The translations under genes and the position numbers were made by a program. Source: an uncultured archaeon (GTDB lineage Archaea > Iainarchaeota > Iainarchaeia > Iainarchaeales > JAAZKV01). Taken from it: a stretch of 32,000 bases of DNA. This document shows positions 1 to 6,006 of this stretch, piece after piece; position 1 is the stretch's first letter, and the number at the start of each line of letters is the position of its first letter. The notes beneath the pieces were generated by a model that saw only the letters and a program-made list of their open reading frames with translations, had not been told where the DNA came from and ran no database searches. Where the stretch lies: the NCBI GenBank assembly GCA_964551375.1, contig CAZKBG010000002.1, positions 45,558 through 77,557 of the forward strand, in the 5' to 3' direction.

Positions 1-441
1 GAAGACAGGGAAAAAATCTGCAACGGAAGCGGGAACGTAATATTATCCACTTCAGGAATGATGAACGGCGGTCCTGTGATAGAATACTTCTACAAAATGG
101 CTGAAAACCCCGCAAATACTTTGGTGTTTGTTGGTTACCTTGCTGAAGGAACATTCGGAAGAAAAATACAACAGGGACTAAAGAGCATGCCAATAAGCGA
201 TAATGGCAAAACAAAAAAACTTGATGTTAAAATGAGAATTGAAACAATAGACGGATTCAGCGGACACGCTGATTTCAACGAGCTTGTATCATACGTTGCA
301 TCGCTAAAGCCAAAGCCAAAAAAAATACTGGTAAACCACGGCGACCCGACAAGAAGCGTTGAGTTTTCAAAATACTGCGCGGCAAAATTCGGAATAAGCA
401 GCTCAGCTATTAGAAACCTTGAAGCAGTAAGATTCAAGTAA
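1..441 (+). CDS. C-terminal fragment of an archaeal beta-CASP / metallo-beta-lactamase ribonuclease (aCPSF1/FttA-like); 5' end lies outside the window
   Basis: Frame 1 is open from base 1, upstream of the track start at 58. The translation reads ...GNVILSTSGMMNGGPVIEYF...VGYLAEGTFGRKI...GFSGHADFNELVSYV...KKILVNHGD. This matches the conserved C-terminal His motif (beta-CASP motif C) and the final MBL motif of archaeal CPSF1-type RNases. TAA stop at 439-441. Confidence 0.8.
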   Translation, partial: EDREKICNGSGNVILSTSGMMNGGPVIEYFYKMAENPANTLVFVGYLAEGTFGRKIQQGLKSMPISDNGKTKKLDVKMRIETIDGFSGHADFNELVSYVASLKPKPKKILVNHGDPTRSVEFSKYCAAKFGISSSAIRNLEAVRFK

Positions 442-476
442 GAGCTTTGAGAAAAAGCAATCCTGATTAATTTGTT

Positions 477-509
477 TTGCAGCAAAAAATGCTGCAAAAA
501 TATTTTTTT
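477..509 (+). terminator. Hairpin plus oligo-T terminator-like element downstream of the RNase gene
   Basis: Perfect 8-bp stem TTGCAGCA (477-484) / TGCTGCAA (490-497) with an A5 loop, followed by a T7 run at 503-509. The element starts 36 nt after the stop codon. Confidence 0.45.
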
Positions 510-525
510 GCCAAAGTCTTGCTTT

Positions 526-566
526 TAGCATCAACAAAGCTGGTTTTAAATATCAGTTTGATGCTA
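526..566 (+). promoter_or_regulatory. TATA-like box bracketed by a perfect 9-bp inverted repeat, upstream of collagen-like gene 1
   Basis: TAGCATCAA (526-534) and its exact reverse complement TTGATGCTA (558-566) flank TTTTAAATAT (544-553). The ATG at 580 lies about 30 nt downstream of the TATA-like box, which fits a leaderless or short-leader archaeal transcript. Confidence 0.4.
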
Positions 567-579
567 TGATTCAATTAGC

Positions 580-1257
580 ATGGTTTTTTTAGATAAGTTT
601 GACAAGTTGCTTTTATTATTTCTAGTTTTTGTGGTAGGAATATTTTTTGCCACGGCGGTAGATATCGACCCAAACATTCCAAGCCATCAATTCTCGCAGA
701 TTGCGGTTGGAGTGGAGAGAGTGGTGAATGACAATAATATTTTGTTAGCAAAATTCGGGGGAACAGGCGTAGCAACATGCCCTGACGGAACTGTTTTGAT
801 TTGGAATAATGTTTCTGGAACTTGGATTTGCGGAAGCGGAGTTCCAGGACCGCAAGGTCCTGCAGGCGTTCAAGGTCCGCAAGGACCAGTTGGTGCGACA
901 GGCGCAACAGGCCCTACAGGATATGCTGGAGCTACTGGTCCTCCTGGTCCGCAAGGAGCTCAAGGCCCTACTGGACCAATTGGTCCAAACGGCGCTACTG
1001 GCCCTGCCGGTCCAACAGGCGCGACAGGAGCACGGGGACCAACAGGAGCTACTGGCCCTGCCGGTCCAATGGGTTCGCCAACTTTTTGCTATTATGAAGG
1101 AGTAGCGTGGGGAATTGGGATGTCTTGCTTTGCGGGAAATCAATCTCCGGCTGCAACAACATCTTATGGAAATCTTATCCAATGTACAACAGGCGGATGG
1201 ACAAGCGGCTCAAGGGTATACGGTCCCGGAGGATACACAGCATATCCAATATGCTGA
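580..1257 (+). CDS. Membrane-anchored collagen-like repeat protein, paralog 1 (225 aa)
   Basis: ATG start. Four parts: an N-terminal hydrophobic anchor ([21 protein letters not shown]); a conserved ~50-aa head ([50 protein letters not shown]); 27 uninterrupted Gly-X-Y triplets; and a ~58-aa Cys-containing C-terminal domain ending YPIC. Paralogous to 1306-1995 and 2090-2782. Confidence 0.85.
   Translation: MVFLDKFDKLLLLFLVFVVGIFFATAVDIDPNIPSHQFSQIAVGVERVVNDNNILLAKFGGTGVATCPDGTVLIWNNVSGTWICGSGVPGPQGPAGVQGPQGPVGATGATGPTGYAGATGPPGPQGAQGPTGPIGPNGATGPAGPTGATGARGPTGATGPAGPMGSPTFCYYEGVAWGIGMSCFAGNQSPAATTSYGNLIQCTTGGWTSGSRVYGPGGYTAYPIC
838..1080 (+). repeat. Collagen-like Gly-X-Y coding repeat (27 triplets), locally GC-rich
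   Basis: The tract [81 protein letters not shown] has Gly at every third residue without interruption. It contains a perfect 22-nt direct repeat (994-1015 and 1048-1069). Confidence 0.9.
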
Positions 1258-1274
1258 TATTAAAATTAAAAATT

Positions 1275-1290
1275 AAAAGTATTATTTATA
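1275..1290 (+). promoter_or_regulatory. BRE/TATA-like promoter element for collagen-like gene 2
   Basis: AAAAGTATTATTTATA lies about 20 nt upstream of ATG 1306. It shares the AAAGT-TTATT pattern seen upstream of most genes in the window. Confidence 0.35.
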
Positions 1291-1305
1291 GTGTTGGTTA
1301 TTTTT

Positions 1306-1995
1306 ATGGCAATGTTTGGAAATTTTAGCAAAATCGTTCTGATTTTTTTTGTGCTTGTGCTAAGCGTAGTATTTGTCGTTTCGACTGATGTGGTTATATC
1401 AAAACCTTATCATCAGTTTTCTGCAATAGCTGTCGGGATTGAAAAAGTTGCAGACAACAGCAATATACTTTTGGCAAAGTTTGGAGGAACAGGGCTGGTT
1501 AATTGCCCTGACAAAAATGTTTTGGTTTGGAATAATGTTTCAGGCACTTGGATTTGCGGAAATCCTCCTGCAGGAGTGCAGGGGCCTATGGGTCCGCAGG
1601 GGCCAGCGGGCATAGCAGGTCCGCAAGGACCAGTTGGCGCGACAGGCGCTACTGGAGCTAACGGCGCAACAGGTCCTCCAGGCGCCACAGGAGCAAGAGG
1701 ACCAACAGGTCCTGCAAATACCACTACTGGTCCACAAGGGCCAAAGGGATCTACTGGTGCAACAGGCGCTGCAGGTCCTGCTGGTGCAACAGGTCCGCAA
1801 GGCCCGGCGTTAGTAAGAGTAACATGCACTTACAATGGAAGACTTTACAGTCCAGGAGCAAAATGTTTTACAGGAAGCTGTCCTATTGCTACTACAAGCT
1901 CGGGACAATTAATTACCTGCAACTCCAACGGGACTTGGAGTTCGCCGACAACAGTATACGGCTGGGGAAATTCATGCCAGTATTCAATATGTTAA
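1306..1995 (+). CDS. Membrane-anchored collagen-like repeat protein, paralog 2 (229 aa from ATG 1306; the track ORF starts at GTG 1291)
   Basis: Starting at ATG 1306 gives [14 protein letters not shown]. This aligns residue for residue with [14 protein letters not shown] (paralog 3) and [14 protein letters not shown] (paralog 1). Same head domain ([53 protein letters not shown]). Gly-X-Y tract of 16 + 9 triplets split by NTTT. Six-Cys C-terminal domain ending YSIC. Confidence 0.85.
   Translation: MAMFGNFSKIVLIFFVLVLSVVFVVSTDVVISKPYHQFSAIAVGIEKVADNSNILLAKFGGTGLVNCPDKNVLVWNNVSGTWICGNPPAGVQGPMGPQGPAGIAGPQGPVGATGATGANGATGPPGATGARGPTGPANTTTGPQGPKGSTGATGAAGPAGATGPQGPALVRVTCTYNGRLYSPGAKCFTGSCPIATTSSGQLITCNSNGTWSSPTTVYGWGNSCQYSIC
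1573..1809 (+). repeat. Collagen-like Gly-X-Y coding repeat (16 + 9 triplets with one NTTT interruption)
   Basis: [79 protein letters not shown]. Nucleotides 1618-1649 match 874-905 of paralog 1 at 31 of 32 positions. Confidence 0.9.
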
Positions 1996-2050
1996 TATTT
2001 ATGGTGAAAAAATAGTTGCTGTGAATTTATGAAAGGAGTTAAATATTTGG

Positions 2051-2070
2051 AAAAAGTTTATTTGATAAAA
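2051..2070 (+). promoter_or_regulatory. BRE/TATA-like promoter element for collagen-like gene 3
   Basis: AAAAAGTTTATTTGATAAAA is centred about 29 nt upstream of ATG 2090. Confidence 0.35.
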
Positions 2071-2089
2071 TGATATTCGGGTTTTATTT

Positions 2090-2782
2090 ATGATAGGTTT
2101 TGGAAAAATTGATAAGTTGCTTTTAGTTTTTATGATTCTAGCCTTGGGAATATTTTTTGTCATGGCAGTAAATGTAAACACTTCAAAACCTTATCATCAG
2201 TTCATGGCAATTGCATCAGGAACTGAAAGAGTGATTAATGATTTTAATCAGCTGAACGCAAAGTTTGGCGGAACCGGAGTTGCGACATGCACTGATGGAG
2301 CAGTTCTAACATGGAGCAATGCTCAAAATTCATGGATTTGCGGAAGCGCAGCTACTGGAATTATAGGTCCGCAAGGTCCAGCCGGTCCTACTGGTCCTGC
2401 TGGTCCAACAGGCGCTACTGGCGCGCGCGGGGCTACTGGCGCGGCAGGGGCGCAAGGACCTATTGGCGCTACTGGACCAACAGGCTATGCTGGGGCAGCC
2501 GGTCCTACTGGTCCTGCTGGTCCAACTGGAAATACTGGCGCTACTGGCCCCGCTGGCGCTACTGGTCCTGCCGGCCCAGCTGGCCCTGGAGATCCTGGAA
2601 ATGTGTGTTATTATAACGGGCACACAGTTGCTGCTGGAACAACTTGCTTTGTCAGCGGAAGCTGCCCAATTGCATGGACTTCATATGGACAAACAGCAAC
2701 ATGTTATACAGGCGGAAGCTGGGGAAATTTTAGAACAGTAAGCGGAAGCGGCGGCTCAAGCTGCGCATATAATTTCTGCTAA
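2090..2782 (+). CDS. Membrane-anchored collagen-like repeat protein, paralog 3 (230 aa)
   Basis: ATG start. Hydrophobic anchor ([21 protein letters not shown]). Head domain ([53 protein letters not shown]). About 26 Gly-X-Y triplets. Six-Cys C-terminal domain ending YNFC. Confidence 0.85.
   Translation: MIGFGKIDKLLLVFMILALGIFFVMAVNVNTSKPYHQFMAIASGTERVINDFNQLNAKFGGTGVATCTDGAVLTWSNAQNSWICGSAATGIIGPQGPAGPTGPAGPTGATGARGATGAAGAQGPIGATGPTGYAGAAGPTGPAGPTGNTGATGPAGATGPAGPAGPGDPGNVCYYNGHTVAAGTTCFVSGSCPIAWTSYGQTATCYTGGSWGNFRTVSGSGGSSCAYNFC
2357..2602 (+). repeat. Collagen-like Gly-X-Y coding repeat (~26 triplets)
   Basis: [82 protein letters not shown]. It contains a perfect 30-nt direct repeat at 2380-2409 and 2497-2526, offset 117 nt (39 codons, in frame). 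Confidence 0.9.
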
Positions 2783-2819
2783 AAAAATACTAAAAATTAT
2801 GCTAAAAAAAAGATTTTCT

Positions 2820-5123
2820 TTATTCGTCTTTATCCTTCTTTTCAGGCTTTTCTTTTTGAAGCCTTGGAATCATAGTGGTTGAAATCCAATTCTTCCACTG
2901 CCCAAGAAGCTGGTCATAATTAATTTTGCCGTCCTCTTCAATCATAGTTTCTTTCATCAAAAGAAGCTTGTTGTTGCAAAGACTTGTGTGCTCCGCTTCA
3001 AGAAGACTTTTTAAATTAAGAGAATTTTTCTGCTCAACGAGGAATAGTTTTGCATTCGCCCTCAATCTGATTTCAGCCCAAATATCGCTCACAGTAAGCC
3101 CGCTTGTTTTCTGAATCTTTTGTAATAATTCGCTTTCTTTTAAATTATCTTCCATTAATTCAAGAGAATCTTTTGCGGCGTCAAAACTCATAAGCGCAAG
3201 CAGTCCGCCTTCAACTGAAGGGTCAGTATTCCAGTGCTTTTTAATTTCAGTAATTTCAACAACTCTTCTCTGTCTTCCAAGGCTTCCCTTAAACCTAATG
3301 GGTCTAGCAACAACAATCAAATCAGTCGCCTTAAATGAAGTTGTTGGAACTCCTAAATCGTTAACAACACGGTCCCAAACAGAATAAGCTGAATCAGCGT
3401 GAATTGTTCCAAGAACTACATTTCCCGCAGCTCCAACACGCATTGCTTCATACAAAACTTTTGCTTCCTTTGATCTTACTTCCCCGATAACAAGAGCAGA
3501 ATCACCTAAACGAAGAGCGGTACGAAGAGCTTCTGCAGGGTCAACTTCAGTTTCAGTTTTTGAAACACTAATCGGACTTCTTGTTTTAAGTCTTTGAATG
3601 TTAAATCCAATATCCTTCATATAAGGAACAGGAATTTCAAGAGTGTCTTCCTGAACAATAATTCTTGAGTTCTGAGGAATTTCAAGCATCATTGCCTGAA
3701 GAAGAGAAGTTTTTCCCGAGCCTCTTGAGCCCGCAATAAGAGTAGTCGCCTGCATATCAATAAAGAAGCTAATCATTCCTGCTGCAAGCGGATTAATGTA
3801 ACTCACATCAATAAACTGCTCAAGCGTCCAAGGCGTCATTTTATGCAATCTAAACGCAAAACCATAACTTGAAGGAGTAAGAGGAGGGCCGATTAACGCA
3901 ACTCTTGTTTCAAGGTCCGCCAAATCATAATCAAGAACAGGATGCGCTTCATCAAAAGGCCTTGAAGACATCGCTCTTAATTTTGAAATCAAACTATTTG
4001 CCTCAAATTCAGTGAAAGTAATATTTGTCTGGCACTGTCCGTACTCAGAATGAACAATATAAATTGGGCGCGAGCCAATCGGTGAGTCAATGTAAATATC
4101 GGTAATTCTTCTGTCGTTTAATAAAATTTCTAAAATACCATATCCAACAGTGTATCTTGCAACAACTTTTGAAAGAGAGGACATGTCATCAGGAGTAATT
4201 GCAATTCCGCTCCTTGCTGCAATTTCTTTTATTGTTGATTCGTACAAACGCTCAAAGTATCTTCTTGAAGTCGCAACAGTGCTTAAGGAAGTTCTTCCCG
4301 GCTTGTATGCTGAAACAACTTCCCTTGTTCTGCTCAAAACAAAATACTGGTCAGGCGCAAGCGAATACTCGGGCGGATTTATGTAATAAAGTTTCTCAAC
4401 TTTATTCGGGTCCGCAAAAACCTGAACGCTTGATTCTTTCACAGGATACTCGTCAAGAAGCTCAAAGTTTTCAATCCCTGAAAAAGAAAGTTTTGAGCCG
4501 ATAAAGCTTGGCTTAATATCAGCTTCAAAAAGCGCTTTGTAAATAATGCTTGTTTCAGGAACTTGCTGTAATTCAGTAAGAAGTTTTTTTGCTCTTATTA
4601 CAAGAAGAAGCGCGTCAAATCTGTTTCTTAAATCAACAAGAGTTGCGACATACGGTTCGGTGCACTGGATATACCCTGCTCCTGCCTGCTTTAATTTTTC
4701 TTCCTCTTTTCTTAATTCCTGAATTAAGCTAAGATATGCAAGAAGCGGATCATAATTAATCAAATCGCTTGCAATCCTTACTACCATCTGGTGGCGCTCT
4801 GAAAAAAAAGCCTCGCAGTCCTTTCCTGCCCTTCCAAGATGCCCAAAACTCCAAACACTCTCAACGCTTAATTTCTGCGCGAAGTTAGCCACTTCCATCA
4901 GCATTTTTGTCTGGACATCCTCGTAAACTCTCTCATACTTTTCGCTAAATACAATCTTGTCAGCTTCAACTTCCTGCAAAACTTTTATCACGTGGAAACG
5001 GCAGTGATGGTCTTCCCCGATTGAAGCGCTGTAAATACAGTTTTTACAGTCAAAAATAAGCGCACGCTTGCCGCCAATGTCTTTAACAACAAAGTCTCCA
5101 ACCTTGTATCCGCCAATCTTCAT
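2820..5123 (-). CDS. Type II/IV secretion system / archaeal type IV pilus-archaellum family ATPase (FlaI/PilB/GspE-like), unusually long at 767 aa
   Basis: Walker A GSRGSGKTS (aa 465-473, nt 3705-3731). Asp box RIIVQEDTLEIP. Walker B DSALVIGEVR. His box LGTIHADSA. An upstream N-domain motif RITDIYIDSPIGSRPIYIVHSEYGQCQTNITF is typical of FlaI-type ATPases. GGTGA (complement of 5130-5134) lies 6 nt upstream of the ATG. Confidence 0.9.
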   Translation of the reverse strand: MKIGGYKVGDFVVKDIGGKRALIFDCKNCIYSASIGEDHHCRFHVIKVLQEVEADKIVFSEKYERVYEDVQTKMLMEVANFAQKLSVESVWSFGHLGRAGKDCEAFFSERHQMVVRIASDLINYDPLLAYLSLIQELRKEEEKLKQAGAGYIQCTEPYVATLVDLRNRFDALLLVIRAKKLLTELQQVPETSIIYKALFEADIKPSFIGSKLSFSGIENFELLDEYPVKESSVQVFADPNKVEKLYYINPPEYSLAPDQYFVLSRTREVVSAYKPGRTSLSTVATSRRYFERLYESTIKEIAARSGIAITPDDMSSLSKVVARYTVGYGILEILLNDRRITDIYIDSPIGSRPIYIVHSEYGQCQTNITFTEFEANSLISKLRAMSSRPFDEAHPVLDYDLADLETRVALIGPPLTPSSYGFAFRLHKMTPWTLEQFIDVSYINPLAAGMISFFIDMQATTLIAGSRGSGKTSLLQAMMLEIPQNSRIIVQEDTLEIPVPYMKDIGFNIQRLKTRSPISVSKTETEVDPAEALRTALRLGDSALVIGEVRSKEAKVLYEAMRVGAAGNVVLGTIHADSAYSVWDRVVNDLGVPTTSFKATDLIVVARPIRFKGSLGRQRRVVEITEIKKHWNTDPSVEGGLLALMSFDAAKDSLELMEDNLKESELLQKIQKTSGLTVSDIWAEIRLRANAKLFLVEQKNSLNLKSLLEAEHTSLCNNKLLLMKETMIEEDGKINYDQLLGQWKNWISTTMIPRLQKEKPEKKDKDE

Positions 5124-5276
5124 TATAATTCACCAATGCTTCTAAACTTAACTTCAGTTAATCCAAATTAACCTTTTTTTGATTTGTCCTGATGTGTAAT
5201 AAAGCAAGTAAGAAGTATAAAAACTTGATTTTATCACAAGTAAACTTATTTAAGCTTCAAGAACGTTATCTGGCTC
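5124..5276. promoter_or_regulatory. Divergent intergenic promoter region between the ATPase (-) and the archaeosortase-like gene (+)
   Basis: A 153-bp AT-rich spacer. On the plus strand, AAACTTATTTAAGC (5242-5255) lies about 25 nt upstream of ATG 5277, which looks leaderless. On the minus strand there is a TTTTTATAC-like element (complement of about 5213-5225) and a GGTGA ribosome binding site. Confidence 0.4.
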
Positions 5277-5918
5277 ATGAGCATAAAGAAAAAAACCGCC
5301 AAACTTTCGCAAAAAAAAAGCGGGGCAGGGTTCATTCTTGACTATTTTAAAGAACAGCACAAAAAAATCAGAACCGACAAAAAGAAACAGTTTGTTTTCT
5401 TTGTTTTGGGATTTGTGCTTTCATACCTGATTCTTACAGTTTTAGTGAGCATAGTTCCTGATATTTACTATAAAGAAGCAGTTGGGGGAATGGTTAGAGG
5501 AGCGCTTGGAGCGCAAGGGATAAACACCACTTCAGTTGGCAATGTTGAATGCATGGAATTTTCATGGCTGAGCGACACTGCAAAAGGAAGCTGCTATTCA
5601 TTCACCGCAGAGGGAAAGAATATTGTAATTTCCTGGCTCTGCACGGGGATTTTAGAAATAATAATACTAATATGCGCAATAATTGCAAGCTTTGGAGTAA
5701 AATGGAAAGAAAAAGCTGTCGGGATTATAGCCGCAATAATTCTTGGAATAGTTTTTAACATTTTAAGAATAGGGATAACAATAAATCTCATCTTTTCGCA
5801 GGATGTTGCAACTGTTGAAATAGCCCATGATGCTTTATTTAGAATAATTTTGTTTGTTTACATAGCAGTCGTTTATATTATTTGGTTTTATTGGGCTGCG
5901 AACAAAAGCGAACGATAA
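5277..5918 (+). CDS. Short exosortase/archaeosortase-family membrane protein (213 aa)
   Basis: Polytopic membrane protein. The family signature triad appears in the expected order and context: Cys122 in ISWLCTGILEI (the C-S/T-G motif), Arg164 in FNILRIG (the N-x-x-R motif) and His184 in EIAHDALF. The Cys-Arg spacing is 42 residues, as I recall it for characterised archaeosortase A. Lys-rich cytoplasmic N-terminus. Confidence 0.65.
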   Translation: MSIKKKTAKLSQKKSGAGFILDYFKEQHKKIRTDKKKQFVFFVLGFVLSYLILTVLVSIVPDIYYKEAVGGMVRGALGAQGINTTSVGNVECMEFSWLSDTAKGSCYSFTAEGKNIVISWLCTGILEIIILICAIIASFGVKWKEKAVGIIAAIILGIVFNILRIGITINLIFSQDVATVEIAHDALFRIILFVYIAVVYIIWFYWAANKSER

Positions 5919-5950
5919 CAGGCTGTAATTTAGAGCGATTATTGCCTGCC

Positions 5951-5967
5951 AAAAAGGTTTATTAAGC
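5951..5967 (+). promoter_or_regulatory. BRE/TATA-like promoter element for giant gene 1
   Basis: AAAAAGGTTTATTAAGC lies about 45 nt upstream of the TTG start at 6007. An SD-like AGGGGAT (5995-6001) lies between them. Confidence 0.3.
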
Positions 5968-6006
5968 AAGTAATGTTAATTATTTACAGGTAAAAGGGGA
6001 TAAGCG

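Noticed and set aside
442-579. Possible tRNA or small RNA genes in the intergenic regions (442-579, 14884-15029, 16497-16640, 24213-24397, 25469-25643).
   Set aside because: No cloverleaf-compatible stems and no GTTCRANYC T-loop box were seen. The regions are AT-rich and are adequately explained as terminator plus promoter sequence.
1107-2181. Small ORFs bridging the intergenic gaps between the collagen-like genes: 1107-1328 (+), 1824-2015 (+) and 1999-2181 (-).
   Set aside because: Each overlaps the 3' or 5' end of a well-supported paralogous gene in another frame. Each extends through AT-rich promoter sequence, and none shows conservation or a motif.
838-2602. Possible CRISPR array or non-coding tandem repeat, suggested by the periodic GC-rich repeats.
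   Set aside because: The periodicity is 9 nt or less and codon-phased (Gly every third codon) within intact ORFs. There is no repeat-spacer structure of 25-40 nt units, and no cas genes are present.
745-2741. Eight overlapping or antisense ORFs of 86-145 aa inside the three collagen-like genes: 745-1182 (-), 809-1105 (+), 822-1097 (+), 1413-1829 (-), 1540-1800 (-), 2311-2616 (+), 2330-2623 (-) and 2463-2741 (+).
   Set aside because: They coincide exactly with the GC-rich Gly-X-Y repeat, where the composition suppresses stop codons in all frames. Their translations are low-complexity Arg/Ser/Trp/Cys or Pro/Ala strings with no start-site context. The sense-frame genes are supported by three-way paralogy.
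580-2782. Collagen-like proteins as type IV pilin-like substrates carrying a class III signal.
   Set aside because: The position equivalent to the cleavage-site Gly is not conserved: Asp in paralog 1, Gly in paralogs 2 and 3. Charged residues (K/D/K) also follow immediately, rather than an uninterrupted hydrophobic helix. An ordinary signal-anchor or Sec-type signal is more likely.
580-2782. Collagen-like genes as prophage tail-fibre genes.
   Set aside because: The window holds no capsid, portal, terminase, integrase or baseplate genes. Each protein also has an N-terminal membrane anchor, which tail fibres lack. This cannot be fully excluded without homology searches, so it is listed as a refutation test under the relevant finding.
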